In this document: one piece after another, positions 1 through 12,412 of the stretch
Layout: each line of letters begins with the position of its first letter
How positions within the stretch are numbered: position 1 is the first letter of the stretch
NCBI GenBank assembly: GCA_973895155.1
Contig: OZ316893.1
Coordinates: 4,446,490-4,510,489 of the forward strand
Source: Marsupella aquatica
Taxonomy: Eukaryota > Plantae > Marchantiophyta
Direction of reading: 5' to 3'
Length of the DNA: 64,000 nucleotides
The notes under the pieces: model-generated
What the model saw: the letters and a program-made list of their open reading frames with translations, nothing else
Database searches by the model: none
Told to the model about the DNA's origin: nothing
Translations under genes and position numbers: made by a program

Positions 1-673
1 TGAAACGAGTCAAAATGATTGTGGAAAAGGACGAGATAGGGATCGAGTAACCTGGATAGAGTAACAGGCGAAAAGAAGCATCGGGGCGAAGCGGAGTAGA
101 ACCTTGAGCACTACATTGGAAGAGACCCTTACGGAGACGGAAGGAAGGAAGCCCGATCCCGAAATCCATCAAGCACCCCAAACTCTCGAGGCGAAAGGGG
201 AGCATCGAACAGGCGCAAGGGGAGCATCAACCAAGCGCAACAACAGACCACAAAACATCGAGGAAATGTCGAACCCGAATGAAAACCGCTAAGTGCACGC
301 CTCATAACTACAATATAACCGCAAAACCTCCATACGTGCATTCCGTAACAAAGGAAATTTACTTTACAAAGCTTCATATGCACCTAACCAATGCAAGAGT
401 AAACATAAACCATAACTGCAACCCTAAGTGCACAAGTGGATAACTGCACAGTTTAACAAAGAAAAAAGCATCTACAAAGGAAAATATGCAGTTAAACAAA
501 TACCAAGAAAACCCTAAACCATAAGTGTAAACCCTAAAAAGGAATTACGGATTTGCAAGTGTTCTCCACCCAGCCCCACCTTGCATGCCGCATAAATGTG
601 CTTTGTCATTCCTTACTATACTTACTAGTATATAAACCCCAACCACACTTAAAGGAATCCAGCCATCAACCCG

Positions 674-1306
674 ATGACCAACCTCGAGAAACTCAACTTT
701 CCAGCCCTTGACATCGATGGTAGTAACTACCTGGAATGGTCAATGAATCTTAGAGAGAACCTTACATCGCTAACCCTACTCCCAGCGATAGGAATGGCCC
801 AACCTATCCTTGTCGGCGAACCACAACCAGACCCATTGACTAAAGCCAACGAATCTAAAGCTCTAGTATTCCTGAGATGCCATATCCATAGATTCCTCCA
901 GAGACAATACATGCACCTTTCGACCCCTCGAGAACTATGGACAGCCCTACAGACCCGATTCGACCACCAGAAACTGGTCGAATTACCTAGAGCCAGACAA
1001 GATTGGCTCAACCTACGGGTCCAGGACTTTACCTCAATTTCAGCCTACAATAGTGAACTCTTTAGAATAACCTCAACCCTCGCACTATGTGGCGAGCCAG
1101 TTACGGACAAGGATCTGCTAGAGAAGACCTTGTCGACATTTCATTCATCGAATGTGTGGCTATCAACACAGTATCGAAACATGAAGTTCGGGCAATACTC
1201 CGAGCTCATAGCCCACCTCCTAGTCACAGAGAGAAACCAAGAACTCCTTTTAGTTAACTCTAGAAAACGTCCTGCGGGCACACTGCCCTCAGGATCACAG
1301 AGTTAA
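674..1306 (+). CDS. gag: Copia Gag (UBN2-type), C-terminally truncated
   Basis: MTNLEKLNFPALDIDGSNYLEW...LRVQDFTSISAYNSELFRITS...LLEKTLSTFHSSN matches the Bianca-lineage Gag pattern; no zinc knuckle remains. Confidence 0.85.
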   Translation: MTNLEKLNFPALDIDGSNYLEWSMNLRENLTSLTLLPAIGMAQPILVGEPQPDPLTKANESKALVFLRCHIHRFLQRQYMHLSTPRELWTALQTRFDHQKLVELPRARQDWLNLRVQDFTSISAYNSELFRITSTLALCGEPVTDKDLLEKTLSTFHSSNVWLSTQYRNMKFGQYSELIAHLLVTERNQELLLVNSRKRPAGTLPSGSQS

Positions 1307-1371
1307 CACAATTATATCAAGTTACACCTAATGTATCATCTACACATGTAACTCATAATAACGACACCGCT

Positions 1372-2592
1372 GTGTCAACCGTACGGAATACTCGCCGCGG
1401 ACTAGCTATCCGCGTGTTGAAGGCATTATATGGCCTGAAACAAAGTGGCAGAGTATGGTATCAAAGATTTACTGATGAAATGATTGCCATGGGTTTTTCC
1501 CATGATGCCATTACACCATGTTTATTTATTAAACATGTGAATGATGAATATGTCATCGTTTCCATTTATGTTGATGACTTAAATATATTTGGGACACCCC
1601 AAATTACCGAAGATACTATTACAAGTCTTAAATCAACATTTGAGATGAAAGACCTTGGACATACAAACTTTTGCTTAGGATTACAACTGGAGATTTTACC
1701 TACTGGTATGATACTCCATCAAACTACACAAATTGAAAAGATCCTAAAACAGTTCAAGATGAACCTAGCATACCCATTGACGTCACCAATGGTTGTACGT
1801 TCATTAGAAAACACTACTGATGTTTTTCGCAAGCGCGAAGAACATGAACCTATATTAGGACCAGAAACTCCATATCTTTCTGCAATAGGAGCATTAATGT
1901 ACCTAGCAAATCAGACCAGACCAGACATTGCATTTGCAATTAATTTACTAGCCAGACATAGTGCAACTCCCACAGCTAGACACTGGAATGGAGTTAAGCA
2001 CGTATTTAGATATCTACGTGGAACCACCGATACTGGGTTATTTTACCCATTCGGTGCAAACCACGAGCTCATAGGATACGTGGATGTCGGATATCTCTCC
2101 GACACTGATACCGCAAAATCCCAAACTGGATATGTTTTTACCATAGGGGGTACCGCTTTTTCTTGGAAAAGCGTGAAACAGACCCTAACAGCAACCTCAT
2201 CGAATCACTCAGAAATCTTAGCTCTACATGAGGCTAGTCGTGAAGCCGTTTGGTTACGATCATTTATAAACCACATCAACACCAAATGCGGCTTACAACC
2301 ACTAACGAAGCCTACTAACATTTTTGAGGATAACGCAGCATGTATACAGCAGATCACAAAAGGATTCATCAAAGGCGATCGCGTGAAGCATATAGCTCCG
2401 AAGTTTTTCTACACCCACGAGTTACATGGAAAAGAGATCAACATTTTGCAGATTTCAAGTGCAGACAACTGCGCGGATCTCTTCACCAAATCACTACCAC
2501 CATCAGTCCATCACCGACACTGCCAGGCGATTGGACTACGGAGCGTGCGACGCATGATGACCATGGAGGCTGCTACTCCACATGATACTTGA
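1372..2592 (+). CDS. pol: Copia reverse transcriptase (C-terminal part) plus RNase H
   Basis: LYGLKQSGRVW, YVDD, MKDLG, PYLSAIGALMYLANQTRPDI, SWKS, EDNAACI, KHI and ADLFTK motifs. Confidence 0.93.
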   Translation: MSTVRNTRRGLAIRVLKALYGLKQSGRVWYQRFTDEMIAMGFSHDAITPCLFIKHVNDEYVIVSIYVDDLNIFGTPQITEDTITSLKSTFEMKDLGHTNFCLGLQLEILPTGMILHQTTQIEKILKQFKMNLAYPLTSPMVVRSLENTTDVFRKREEHEPILGPETPYLSAIGALMYLANQTRPDIAFAINLLARHSATPTARHWNGVKHVFRYLRGTTDTGLFYPFGANHELIGYVDVGYLSDTDTAKSQTGYVFTIGGTAFSWKSVKQTLTATSSNHSEILALHEASREAVWLRSFINHINTKCGLQPLTKPTNIFEDNAACIQQITKGFIKGDRVKHIAPKFFYTHELHGKEINILQISSADNCADLFTKSLPPSVHHRHCQAIGLRSVRRMMTMEAATPHDT

Positions 2593-2931
2593 TGATACTG
2601 ACGACATGATGCTGATGATATGCTAACGACATGATGCTGACAACCCATTGTTGAGACAGATATTAAACTTAGTTTTACTATAACATCCAACTTTAACTTT
2701 ATATTGACATTTATTACGACGAGGACTGTTAGGCTGCACTCTTTTTCCTTTAGCACTCATATTTTTTCTCTGCTACACTGGTAGAGTTTTTACTAAGCTA
2801 GAGTTGATAAAGGTTTTTTAACGAGGCAGTCTACCTCGATTGTACTTATATCATGTACCCCTATGAACATGATATAATTTAGGTATAGTCTATGTTGTCT
2901 ATATAGTTGTCACTATATATCCAAAGGGGAG

Positions 2932-3038
2932 TGTTAGACTCTACCTTGACCGGATGACCGGATCAGCCGGTCATCCCGGCACCACCATATGTACCATTAC
3001 CGAGACTATACTGATACTATTGTTATCACCATCAAACA
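2932..3038 (+). repeat. Putative short 3' LTR
   Basis: Starts TGTT right after the PPT and ends AACA (4-bp inverted termini); transposase coding sequence (NRYMMAY) resumes immediately after. Confidence 0.55.
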
Positions 3039-4254
3039 AACAGATATATGATGGCTTATTTGTCATTGTTGACGGCAAGGGAGGTGTTTGAAGAGGTTCA
3101 TCTTGGTTTTATGGTGGTTGGGCATACTCATGAGGACGTTGACGGTATGTTCGGGCATTTTTCAGAGTCTATGATGCATAACCCCACATACTCATTGCCT
3201 GAGTTAATGTCCTTGTTCATGAGAGCAAGGACACCCAATGCAGTCTGTCCCACATTTTCTACAGGAGGTCCCAGATTTCAAAAACTACTTAGCTCCATTC
3301 ATGTTGAAGGGCCCTAAGGCATTGGTGGGGCATTTAAAACCCAGGCTGTTTAGGTTCTATGTTCGTCATGATAGTATGCCATGCTTCCAATACAAAATGA
3401 AGTCAACTGATCAGGGATGGTTACCCAAGGAAGGTATTGAAATGTGGTCATGGAAAGATGACAAAAGTCCTCACATCCCAATTGGGGTGCCCAAACGGCT
3501 ACCAATGATGGAGTTGAAAATGCTTCCTGAAGTGCTGACAGGGTTGAAGAAGCATGTGTCATTCTTTGAGTTTATTCTAAAGCAAACAAAAGAGGAAGAA
3601 CCAAAGCGACGTTGGACAACTCTCATCAATTATTGGAATGACATTGTAGATACTCTACAGGGTGAGCAGGTGCAATATGAACCTGAAGGTGCACACAACT
3701 TGGAATACGGATTTTGGCCTTTATCAATATGGAGAGAGCAAGTTCCACCAGAATATCGAAATGTGGCATGTGAGTTGGAGGCAACAGTGGATTATGTGGG
3801 ACCAGCAAAAGATAAACCTCCTGAGAGTTTTAACCCTAGGGTTGATGTTGTGAAGGGCTGTTATGTGTTGGTACGGCCGGATGACTCAGACCTGGATGTT
3901 TATCCCGTCCATATGGGGTTAGTTGTTACAAATGTGGTAGAAGGACCAGTGAATGAACAAAACCTTCTTACTCATGTATGTGGCGTTGAGTGGTTTAGAC
4001 CATTTATGGCAAAGAAGCAACGTGGTCAATCAGACTGGCAGCCAAGAGAGCGGTGGGCAGATTCTTGGGATAAGAAATGGGAACGTGATCCAACTCCAAT
4101 ATACAAGGAAGCTGAGACAATAGATGTTTCCTCTGCCTTGTGGTGTTTCAAAGCACGCAAAGGACCAGTGACAGGGCTGGGAGGAATTCCAAAGAATGTT
4201 GCTGTCAAGGCAAGAGACTATCTATTGACATGCATAGCAAGTGACAAATCCTAG
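3039..4254 (+). pseudogene. DUF7869 / Sola1-like DDE transposase, C-terminal fragment, frameshifted near 3240
   Basis: NRYMMAYLSLL...FMVVGHTHEDVDGMFGHFS motif typical of this family; continues in a second frame (VPDFK...GHLKPRLFRFY...QYK) in ORF 3238-4254. Confidence 0.7.
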
Positions 4255-4349
4255 ATAGTAATGAAGCATGTAGTTTAGCATACAGTTTAAAAGGCAACTC
4301 AGAATAGTAGTAGCCAGAGAACTCAAGTTTAGACAAGTCTTATCGTCTA

Positions 4350-4847
4350 AGTTAGTTAGTTGGTTAGTTTATTTGAGATATAATATTAAGACATGATATT
4401 ATTGACATTCAAATGAATGTCCAGTAGACATTGTAACATACAACAATCCTATTAATAAATAATAACTATAGTTACACGTTCAAGTGAACTCAACTTTCAA
4501 TGATTTCTGATTTTATATGGTTCCATGCCTGATTGAGTCAAAGCAATAGAAACTAACTAATTAAAGGGTGATACTATGATTGTAGGTCACGCACCCTGGT
4601 GCGTGTCAATCTTTTTTTGTATTCAACCCTATAGTAATTAAATAGACAAGTTAGTTAGTTGGTTAGTTTATTTAAGATATAATATTAGTTAGACAGTGGG
4701 GCCTTAGTTTGGTGATATTAAGGCATGATATTATTGACATTCAAATGAATGTCCAGTAGACATTGTAATATACAACAATCCTATTAATTGTTGTAAAGGG
4801 TGGTCAATCTTTTTTGTATTCAACCCTATAGTAATTAAATAGACAAT
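4350..4847. repeat. Local mosaic direct duplication
   Basis: About 4350-4457 recurs at about 4648-4788, and about 4604-4649 recurs at about 4803-4847. Confidence 0.75.
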
Positions 4848-5909
4848 TGAAACAATGAATGACAGTTTAATTAAGGATTTGTGCATGGATCAAGAGGTAC
4901 TTGATGTCATTTAGTGATGCATTGTTATAAAGATCTTGCAACAAAACATTTGAAGTTTTTGACTATCCCACCAAATGTTAAAGAGGTTGATCATTCATTA
5001 ACTTATAATATTTAGATAAAATTGGAATTAATCTAATACTTCAGTATTCCTTAAATTGGGGTTCTAGTTTGGGGGTCAACTTAGTAAAAAGCTGTTTTTG
5101 TAAAAGTGAAACCCCCGAGGTTTGGGCGTTGGTTGTGGGGCTGGGCTTTCAGCTAGTCCTCCTTGGGCCCCCTTTATTATGAGCTCTTTTATCTCACTAG
5201 GTCCTTAGACTTGGTCTTCCCCATCCATGCCTGCTTGGCCACCACACATGTGAAATAGGGAGGGAGTTCATATCCTTAGGTGTGGGCATGGTAGTGAGAA
5301 GAATGTGCCGCATGATGTTATTTGGGATGTTGTGGCTGCCATCTCCCGGGATTCCGGGTACATGTCTGGATGGAGCAGTGCTCAACATGTGTTGCCTCCC
5401 CAGGATGGGATTCCTGATCGGCGTTGTGCAAATAATATCTTCTCACATGCTGGAGTTCAGTCCCTCGAGGATGCAGTGCTTGGTGACCCTACTGGTCAGT
5501 GGGCCCAACAGTGCTTTGGCGGCTCATGTACCTAGGCACACCGCCGCCAGGGCTGCTCGGCTGCAGGCTCGGCTGAAGGAGGAGGCCTATGCCATGTGTT
5601 ACCCCAGTGACCTGTTTTACCGGGTTTTACCCGTTTGTTGTGGAGGTTTTGGGGACTCTTCACCCCCATCATCACCCTACCGTTGACCATTTTCTACTCT
5701 CTTTTGCGATTCATTATGTTCAGCGGAGGCCTTGGCCACCGGTGTCTTTCATCATGGCATTCTTTTGTCAACATGTATCGTTGCACTTCAGCGGGCTGAA
5801 GCTTTCACAGTGCTTCGTAGAGGTTAAGAGGTTATTTCTAGGGCTTCTAGACAGCCTTCACATAAATAGGTGTGCCATTACCAGTTATGGATTGCAGCGC
5901 CAATAGTTC

Positions 5910-6180
5910 TCGAAGATGTCAAGATGAGGAAAAGATGTTATGGAGAGAAAGATGTCAAGGATGAGGGAAAAATGTTGTATTGTGATTTAAAGATGTCAAG
6001 ATGAGAAAAAATGGCCAGATGAGAAAAAGATGAGATCTCAAGGTGAGGAAAAAATGTCAAGCCAAGTGAGAAAACATCTCGAGGAGAGAAAAGATGTTGA
6101 GAATAGGAAAAGAATGTCAATCTGAGAGAAAATTGTCAAGGAAGGAAAAATATGTTGAGATGAGAAAAGATATGAAGACG
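5910..6180 (+). repeat. Degenerate purine-rich minisatellite (core aaagatgtcaag), probably TE-associated
   Basis: More than 10 imperfect ~18-20-bp units of the form gagaaaagatgtcaagat. Confidence 0.7.
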
Positions 6181-6266
6181 AAGCAAAAATATATAAACTT
6201 TGCGATATAATTGTTGGCATGTTATGAGTGATATTGATCATATAGGTGTTATGATCATGTTCAATA

Positions 6267-6308
6267 ACCCGTGCGTTGCACATAGAAATTGGAGACATGA
6301 GATACTAG
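6267..6308 (+). mobile_element. Possible Helitron 3' terminus
   Basis: acccGTGCgttGCAC hairpin followed by CTAG and then T; hairpin-to-CTAG spacing is longer than typical and no 5' TC end was identified. Confidence 0.3.
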
Positions 6309-8475
6309 TCACTGCATCATAGAGTCCAAGCACAACCAAGGAACAGTAAAAATATGAATTTTCTTAGTTTTAAATTTTCAGATAAATAAATATATTAAAT
6401 ATTTTTTAATCTCAAATTTTTTTCAAAATTTTCCAAAAAAAAATCCAATTTTTAATTTAATTTAAATTAAATACCTTTATATAAATATAATTATATAATA
6501 CTTTAAATATTATACTGCCTTTAGTGTATATAATATTTTAACTATTTATATATACCTTTAAATATAAATATATTACTTTAAATATACAAATACAAACTGC
6601 ATGTTTTGGTGTAGTAGTGTATTATAGTTTTTGATGTGACTAGCCCAATGTTAATGGTGATTCAAAAGGTTCTGAAAGGATGTGCTGTCAAACCAAATTG
6701 TTCCCAAATGACAGGGTTGGCTAAGTTAGTTGGAATGAAGTGGGAGTGTTGTTGAAGTGGAAGTTTGTTGTTGCAAAAGTATCCTTTCCCTCTCTATACC
6801 CTCTTACCCCTTGCATTCCCTTTCCTTTCCCTCCCTCTCGTCCCCTCGAGTCCTCCAGTCCCCATTCAATTGAAATTTTTTAAGCAAATTGAGCTTCCCC
6901 GCCCCCCTCCCCCTCCTTGCCCATGTTTTTCTCCAACCCTCCCTCCCTCTCTCCTTGCACACAACAGTTTGCCTTCCACAACACTCGTGTGTCGACAACC
7001 CTCCACTTCCTCGACAGTGAGCTGCCGCTGCCCTCCAGACCTGCCTCCCTTTCTCTCAAGCTCCACTTTGCAAAATCAATCCTGGAAATAATCCGGAAAT
7101 TATAAGAGTAGATTAAGGACAGTCAAAAGTTGATCCTCCATTTTTCTCTGCCTTTTTCATTTTGTAGACTCACCATGGGAGTGCAAAAGGCAGGATTACT
7201 TATTGAATTTGTAAGATTGGAATAAATCCAGCAGTCAATATACACACCGAAAAGATTGGTATGGGCTTGAGCTACAGTAGCTTTTGCACTCTATACACTC
7301 AGACTCGCTGTTGACTTCAGCTCAGCAGCCAATTTATACACGAAGGGGTAGGGGTCTGAGCCAGCTTTTGGACTTTAATTCAGACTCAGCTGTTCACGTC
7401 AGCAATCTAAGCCTACGAGGGAAAGAGTGGTCTGGGTCTGAGCCGCCTCACTCATACAACTGTGGGCCCAAGGAACACTCAAGACAACGCACAAAACAAA
7501 TGTGGGCCCAAGGAAACACCCCCGGAAACACCCCCGGAAACACCCAAACGAAGGGAAACCCCAAACCATAGTCCTGTAACCCCGACTTGCTAGGATCTGT
7601 CATTCTCAATGAAAACATCATTAAATCCTGAGACGTGAAATTATTATTGCAGGTGTGGCAAAACATTTGTTGTGGGCGATGATTATTGTCCGCAGTGTTC
7701 GTTGCTCTGTTCCTGCTGCTAGTGCGCTTGCCTTGGTAAGCGCTTGCAATCTATTCCTATTTGTATTTGTCCAGACCCAATTGCATGTTCGTTCAGGCAT
7801 TCAGCATGTTCGTTGAGTCATTCAGTGCCGTGCCGTCGCCATATCCATGATGTTCCCATGAATGTCGTGTAAAATTTTGAGGCTTTTGGGGTAATTCTTC
7901 CATTGACACTCCCGAGTATGCAAAGAGAAGGCCGCTATAATTTTTGTTCGACTTTCAGCTGCACAGTAAGCTACTTATAAATCGAGAATCGCTCGATTTC
8001 TTCTCTATCTATATCATTGCATTTTCCAATTTTGAGGGTTTTGGACTACGGACAGATAGCAACAGGTGTAGAACGCGAGGGTATCTACACAAGCGAAACA
8101 GATGACGTGAGCTTTGCGGGTGTTGATTGGCTAATTGAGTTCAGTGATCTTAAAATAAGAAAATGATTGTTTATTGATCGGTTGAGATTCGAATTCAGAA
8201 TGAGGATACACGTGATAACAGAGGGAATTGTCATACTCTGCCATTGTTGTTTTCATTTGTCTGTGGCTTTGGTTTCGTGACTGATATTCAATAAATGATT
8301 GTTATATGACTACGTTGGTGCTGCATCCGAACAGCTGAGATCCGAACAGCTGAGGGCACGGTTTGTAATCGCTTGCGCTAAAAGGCAAATTAGATCAGCA
8401 CAAGCTGTATGTAGAGTTCCCTGCAATCGGTTGAGGCGTGCAACGCCACCAGCATTGAAGGTCCCTCGATCACAG

Positions 8476-10956
8476 ATGGCAACTGATTCGAGTGGGCCGG
8501 GAAAGGGCACGGCTCAAGGGGGCTCACAAAATCCTGTGCTCATGCAGCACAATGTGCAATCAAGAGTGCGTGCAGTTATCGCTGATTCGACGGTGAGTAT
8601 GTCCTGAAACTATGACATCAATAGGGAGACTCTCAAATGTCATGCGTGGTGATTTGTACATCCATTTCGGGAATTTTCAGAATGTATCCAGATAGCTGTA
8701 TATTTTTGTACTTCATGAATGAGAGCAGTTAATTGGAGCACAATTTGACTTGCAGTGTGGACAGAGACGTTGTCTGGCATCACATTCATGGAATCCCACT
8801 CTTTCCTACCCATTGGATGTTTGCTGGCGGAGGCTGTTTAATTTCAAGTTTTGCAGTGATGGCCTTTACAACTAAACTGTTCGTGTAACCATTGAAGGCA
8901 GAAAACGGATGGGACCAATTGTGGAAGGAGGGTGCAACACCATGGGATATGGGAACAGTCACTCCTATTATCCAAGATCTTGTTCACAAAGGGGACTTGC
9001 CTGATGGAAGAGCTCTCGTTCCTGGCTGTGGTATCGTGAGTATCCAACTTGCGTTCCTCTGTTCAATTACATTTCTGTGTTCTGGTCAGGTGTCATTCAG
9101 GTTTTCGAACTTATTCTTGACGCGAAGTAATAAACTGACATCAACGAGTCAATCTATGTTGATGAAGGGGTATGATGTGCTTGCTCTTGCAAGTGAAAAC
9201 CGTCATGTTGTTGGACTCGATATATCGGAGACAGTGAATACGATGGCTCTGAAGGTAAGTAAAGGTGCATTGTTTGTACAAGTGTGACTACTTAGTTCCC
9301 AAGATATTTGAAGAACAATTTAATACCTTTGAAGGTTATGCCCAAGAAAACATATAAGTGGGGGGTCCAGTTATTACAGTTATTGAAGTGTTCTTGTGCT
9401 TACGTGTAGAACGCTGCTGAAAGTCCAAAAAGCAAATGGGTAGAGTTTTTGGTTGCCGACTTTTTTGACTACGTACCAAAAGCTCCCTTCAACCTTATCT
9501 TCGACTACACGTAAGACTTCTGTGACCATATCAAGCGTTACTCTCCAGACGAATAGTTACTTGAAACTGGTCCATGGACTTCGTATGACAGTGTGCAATG
9601 TGTGATAGTTGCATGCTGTTTCTTTTACGTTTTAGCCGCTTAATTAGCAGGTAGTATGAAGTAGTACTGACCGTGTGTAAAGTGTGCCTTCTGGGATTGT
9701 ATAACACTCTTTTTCAAAAACAATTGCTGCTGAAGAGCCGGTCCAATTTTTAAATGTAGAACGAAGTTGATTGAGTCTTGATGCTGATCCCCTCCATTGG
9801 TTCGTTGGAATAATGGTCAGATTTTTCTGTGCCATTGATCCGTCCTTACGACCAGCCTGGGCTGCGAAAATGGCCGACTTGCTCACCCAAGATGGGGAGC
9901 TCGTTACCCTGATGTTCCCTGTAAGCTTTCCGCTCTTTAGCCAACTCGCTTTGGATCTCGATGTCTTGTATTGAAACTAGTAAGTGAAAAGTGATGTAGG
10001 CTGGTTCTAAGACTGTTGTAATGTTGGCCCGTTCAACAGCTTGCTGAGTTTCAAGGTGGACCGCCATTTGCAGTTTCCATAGACTCGTAAGCGATTTGCC
10101 CCCATTTTCCTTTATGTGACTCTTGCTTGCAATTGCCGAGCATTTTGCTATGGGATGGGATTTCCGCAGAGAAAGTATAAATAGCTTAGGTTAGAGAGGT
10201 GATGACTTGGTGAAGTTTCACTTGGCTTTCTGGTTCATGTGGACAATGTCAACTCAGCATTCCAAGGTTCTGAATGAATCTTAGCGCAGATAGTTGTAAT
10301 TTGAAATCGGTTTGCGTTTTGAGTTCCCTGTCCTATCCAGAATGTCTATTAAATAGTATTTTGTTCATTGTAAATGCTGTCTTCCGTCATGTTATACTGT
10401 TGACTGATCTCTCCTGTCCTATACTCAGTCATGAAATAATTCTGAGCACACGAGGTTTGTACCAGGGTCAAACGAGCGCTGTTTGTACAGCTATGCTATA
10501 AACATTTCCTACTTTTGGAATTCCTGAGAGGAAGCTGTTGTGTATGCAGGTATGACGAGGTGTTGAATCCACTTGGCTTCACGATGACATCTTGCAAAGA
10601 CAACGAGCTGGCTGTTGGACCACGCAAGGTAGATTTTTTGAAAGGGAAATTTGTCCAACGAACTAGTTCATTATGGTGGGGATTTCTCATCTGCCCTTAT
10701 GAAATTATTACATACTGTTAGATAAACTAGAAGATGTAGGATGGATTGTTGCGCGGGACTTCGAAATTTACTTCGATCCTCCCTACTGCGTAGTAAATTT
10801 CGAAAGGGTGAAAGGCTTCTATCATAGGAAATCCCATATCCTGATGAAAGACGAGAAGTTTCGAACAATCACTCGGACACTGATGTCTGTCAATATCTGC
10901 AGGGGAAAGAAAAAATTGCTCACTGGACTCGGAAAGGAGCGAGCTCTAAGTTCTGA
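8476..10956 (+). CDS. HOL1: SAM-dependent thiol/halide (thiocyanate) methyltransferase, TPMT/HOL family, 240 aa
   Basis: Exons 8476-8592, 8898-9035, 9168-9254, 9410-9510, 9821-9920, 10040-10086, 10550-10628, 10903-10956 (723 nt, GT-AG). Motifs [14 protein letters not shown], [17 protein letters not shown], [34 protein letters not shown]. Confidence 0.93.
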
Positions 10957-11574
10957 ATACTTAATAAGACCGCTCGCCCCAACCAGTGAGCTTAGAAACA
11001 CCTGAGGCCAGAGTAGTCGGCTGAAGATTCAAGCGACCATCCCGCTGTTCAGTTGAACGTAGCTCGTATGGCTAACGGGATGGCTAACGGCTTTTCAGGT
11101 TATGACGGCTAATTATTGTCTGATGACAGTCTCTTGGTACATAAATCACTGGTATTCCATCTGCAATCAATGGTAGTCCATTCGGCTACTAAGTAATAGA
11201 GCTGTAATATCCTATTTTGTTCGCACAATTAATTGTTCAGACACTACTGATTTGAATATATGGCTTTGGAATTCTAATCTATGTTAGAGTTACTTCGTCA
11301 TCCATTCTCTTATCTTCCAGATTGATGTACTATACGGTAATGAAAGGAAACCATCGAAAGAATTGACAGCTTTCCTTTCCGTAATTAATGGAGTCTACAC
11401 TGATCACGCATTTAATACCTCAAATTCTTACGCAGCAAGGTTTTGTCATAGGATTCTTGCAAATCTCATCAAGACGACTTACTACGAGAACAAATTATTT
11501 CTCAATCTGGCCAGCATTGGAAAAAAACGGAAGAGGCCTTTTTCAGTTCGGACGATAACGCAATCCATTCCGCT

Positions 11575-12412
11575 CCCCGCTCTCTCAAAATGGCAGCGAA
11601 AGTCTTGGCAAGCGTGAAACATCTCCAGGCCAGCTTGCGGAGACGTTAATCCCACGGCGGCATACGAAGGCCGGGGTGTCATCAGCGAGAGAGTCCCGAG
11701 CCATCCCGCTGGCTTTCTTCCAAAGTGCGGATCCCCCTTCTCAACATCCACGAAATCCTTTGGTTTCTCGAGCCGCCTTGTCACCTCCTGCTGCACCGAC
11801 GTATACCCCGCAGGCTGACTCTTCCAGTAATGTTCTGCAGTAATTCGGATCCCAGAACCGTGTCCACTTCGCAATCGACCACGCCGCATTCTCCAGGCTC
11901 TACGTCAGGGCAGTGGTTTTCCTCCCAAAGAGCACCGATTTTGCAAGTCTCTGACGACTCACTGCGAGCAACCAGCAACACGCCAACCGGCTTTATACGT
12001 AGCGAAGAACTCGACCACTATGCTCATGAGAATGGGGCTCTCGAGGTACTCCGGCGTCCCACGCGCCCTATGGCCTCCAGGTGAGAAGAGGGCATCAAAC
12101 GACGAGACCTCGATGTCTTCCCATTTGATCGGATTCACAAACTCAGGTCGAGTGATCATATCAATGTATGCAGCTAACGCGTATTTGTTCGCTCGGATGA
12201 TAGAACCGATGACCTTGACGCGCCTAACGACCGATACGCTTGACCAGAAGTCAAGCCCCTCGCCGGTGATCATGAGCTCGTCGCCCTTGCCATCCTGTCT
12301 GTCGTTGCGAACACCAGTTTGTGTTCCTGTTTGGATAGCGCCTGCCAAGTGAGCGCAATCTCGGATGGGTCCGAGTCGTGTTGAGTGTGATCGGGATCAA
12401 AATGCGCACCAT
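11575..12412 (-). pseudogene. Intronless DJ-1/PfpI (class I glutamine amidotransferase-like) pseudogene, bacterial-type
   Basis: Joined across frames: MVRILIPI..HDSDPSEIALTWQAL..HKLVFAT..DELMITGEGLDFW..PGGHRARG..YLESP..KPVGVLLVARS..SVLFGRKTTALT*SLE..TRFWDPNY..GYTSVQQEV..SGMARDS..SASWPGD. Multiple frameshifts and a TAG at 11900-11902. Confidence 0.85.

Larger units (their letters stand above)
1..3038 (+). mobile_element. Ty1/Copia LTR retrotransposon (Bianca-like), internally deleted; 5' end lies outside the window
   Basis: Gag ORF 674-1306 is followed almost directly by a partial RT plus RNase H ORF 1372-2592; protease, integrase and the RT N-terminus are absent. PPT aaaggggag at 2923-2931 is followed by TGTTAG at 2932. 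Confidence 0.9.

Noticed and set aside
508-540. Interstitial telomere (aaaccctaa)
   Set aside because: Isolated telo-box-like motifs in the retroelement leader, not an array.
5282-5686. 134-aa ORF downstream of the transposase fragment
   Set aside because: Overlapping short ORFs in several frames with no recognisable family; probably TE-internal.
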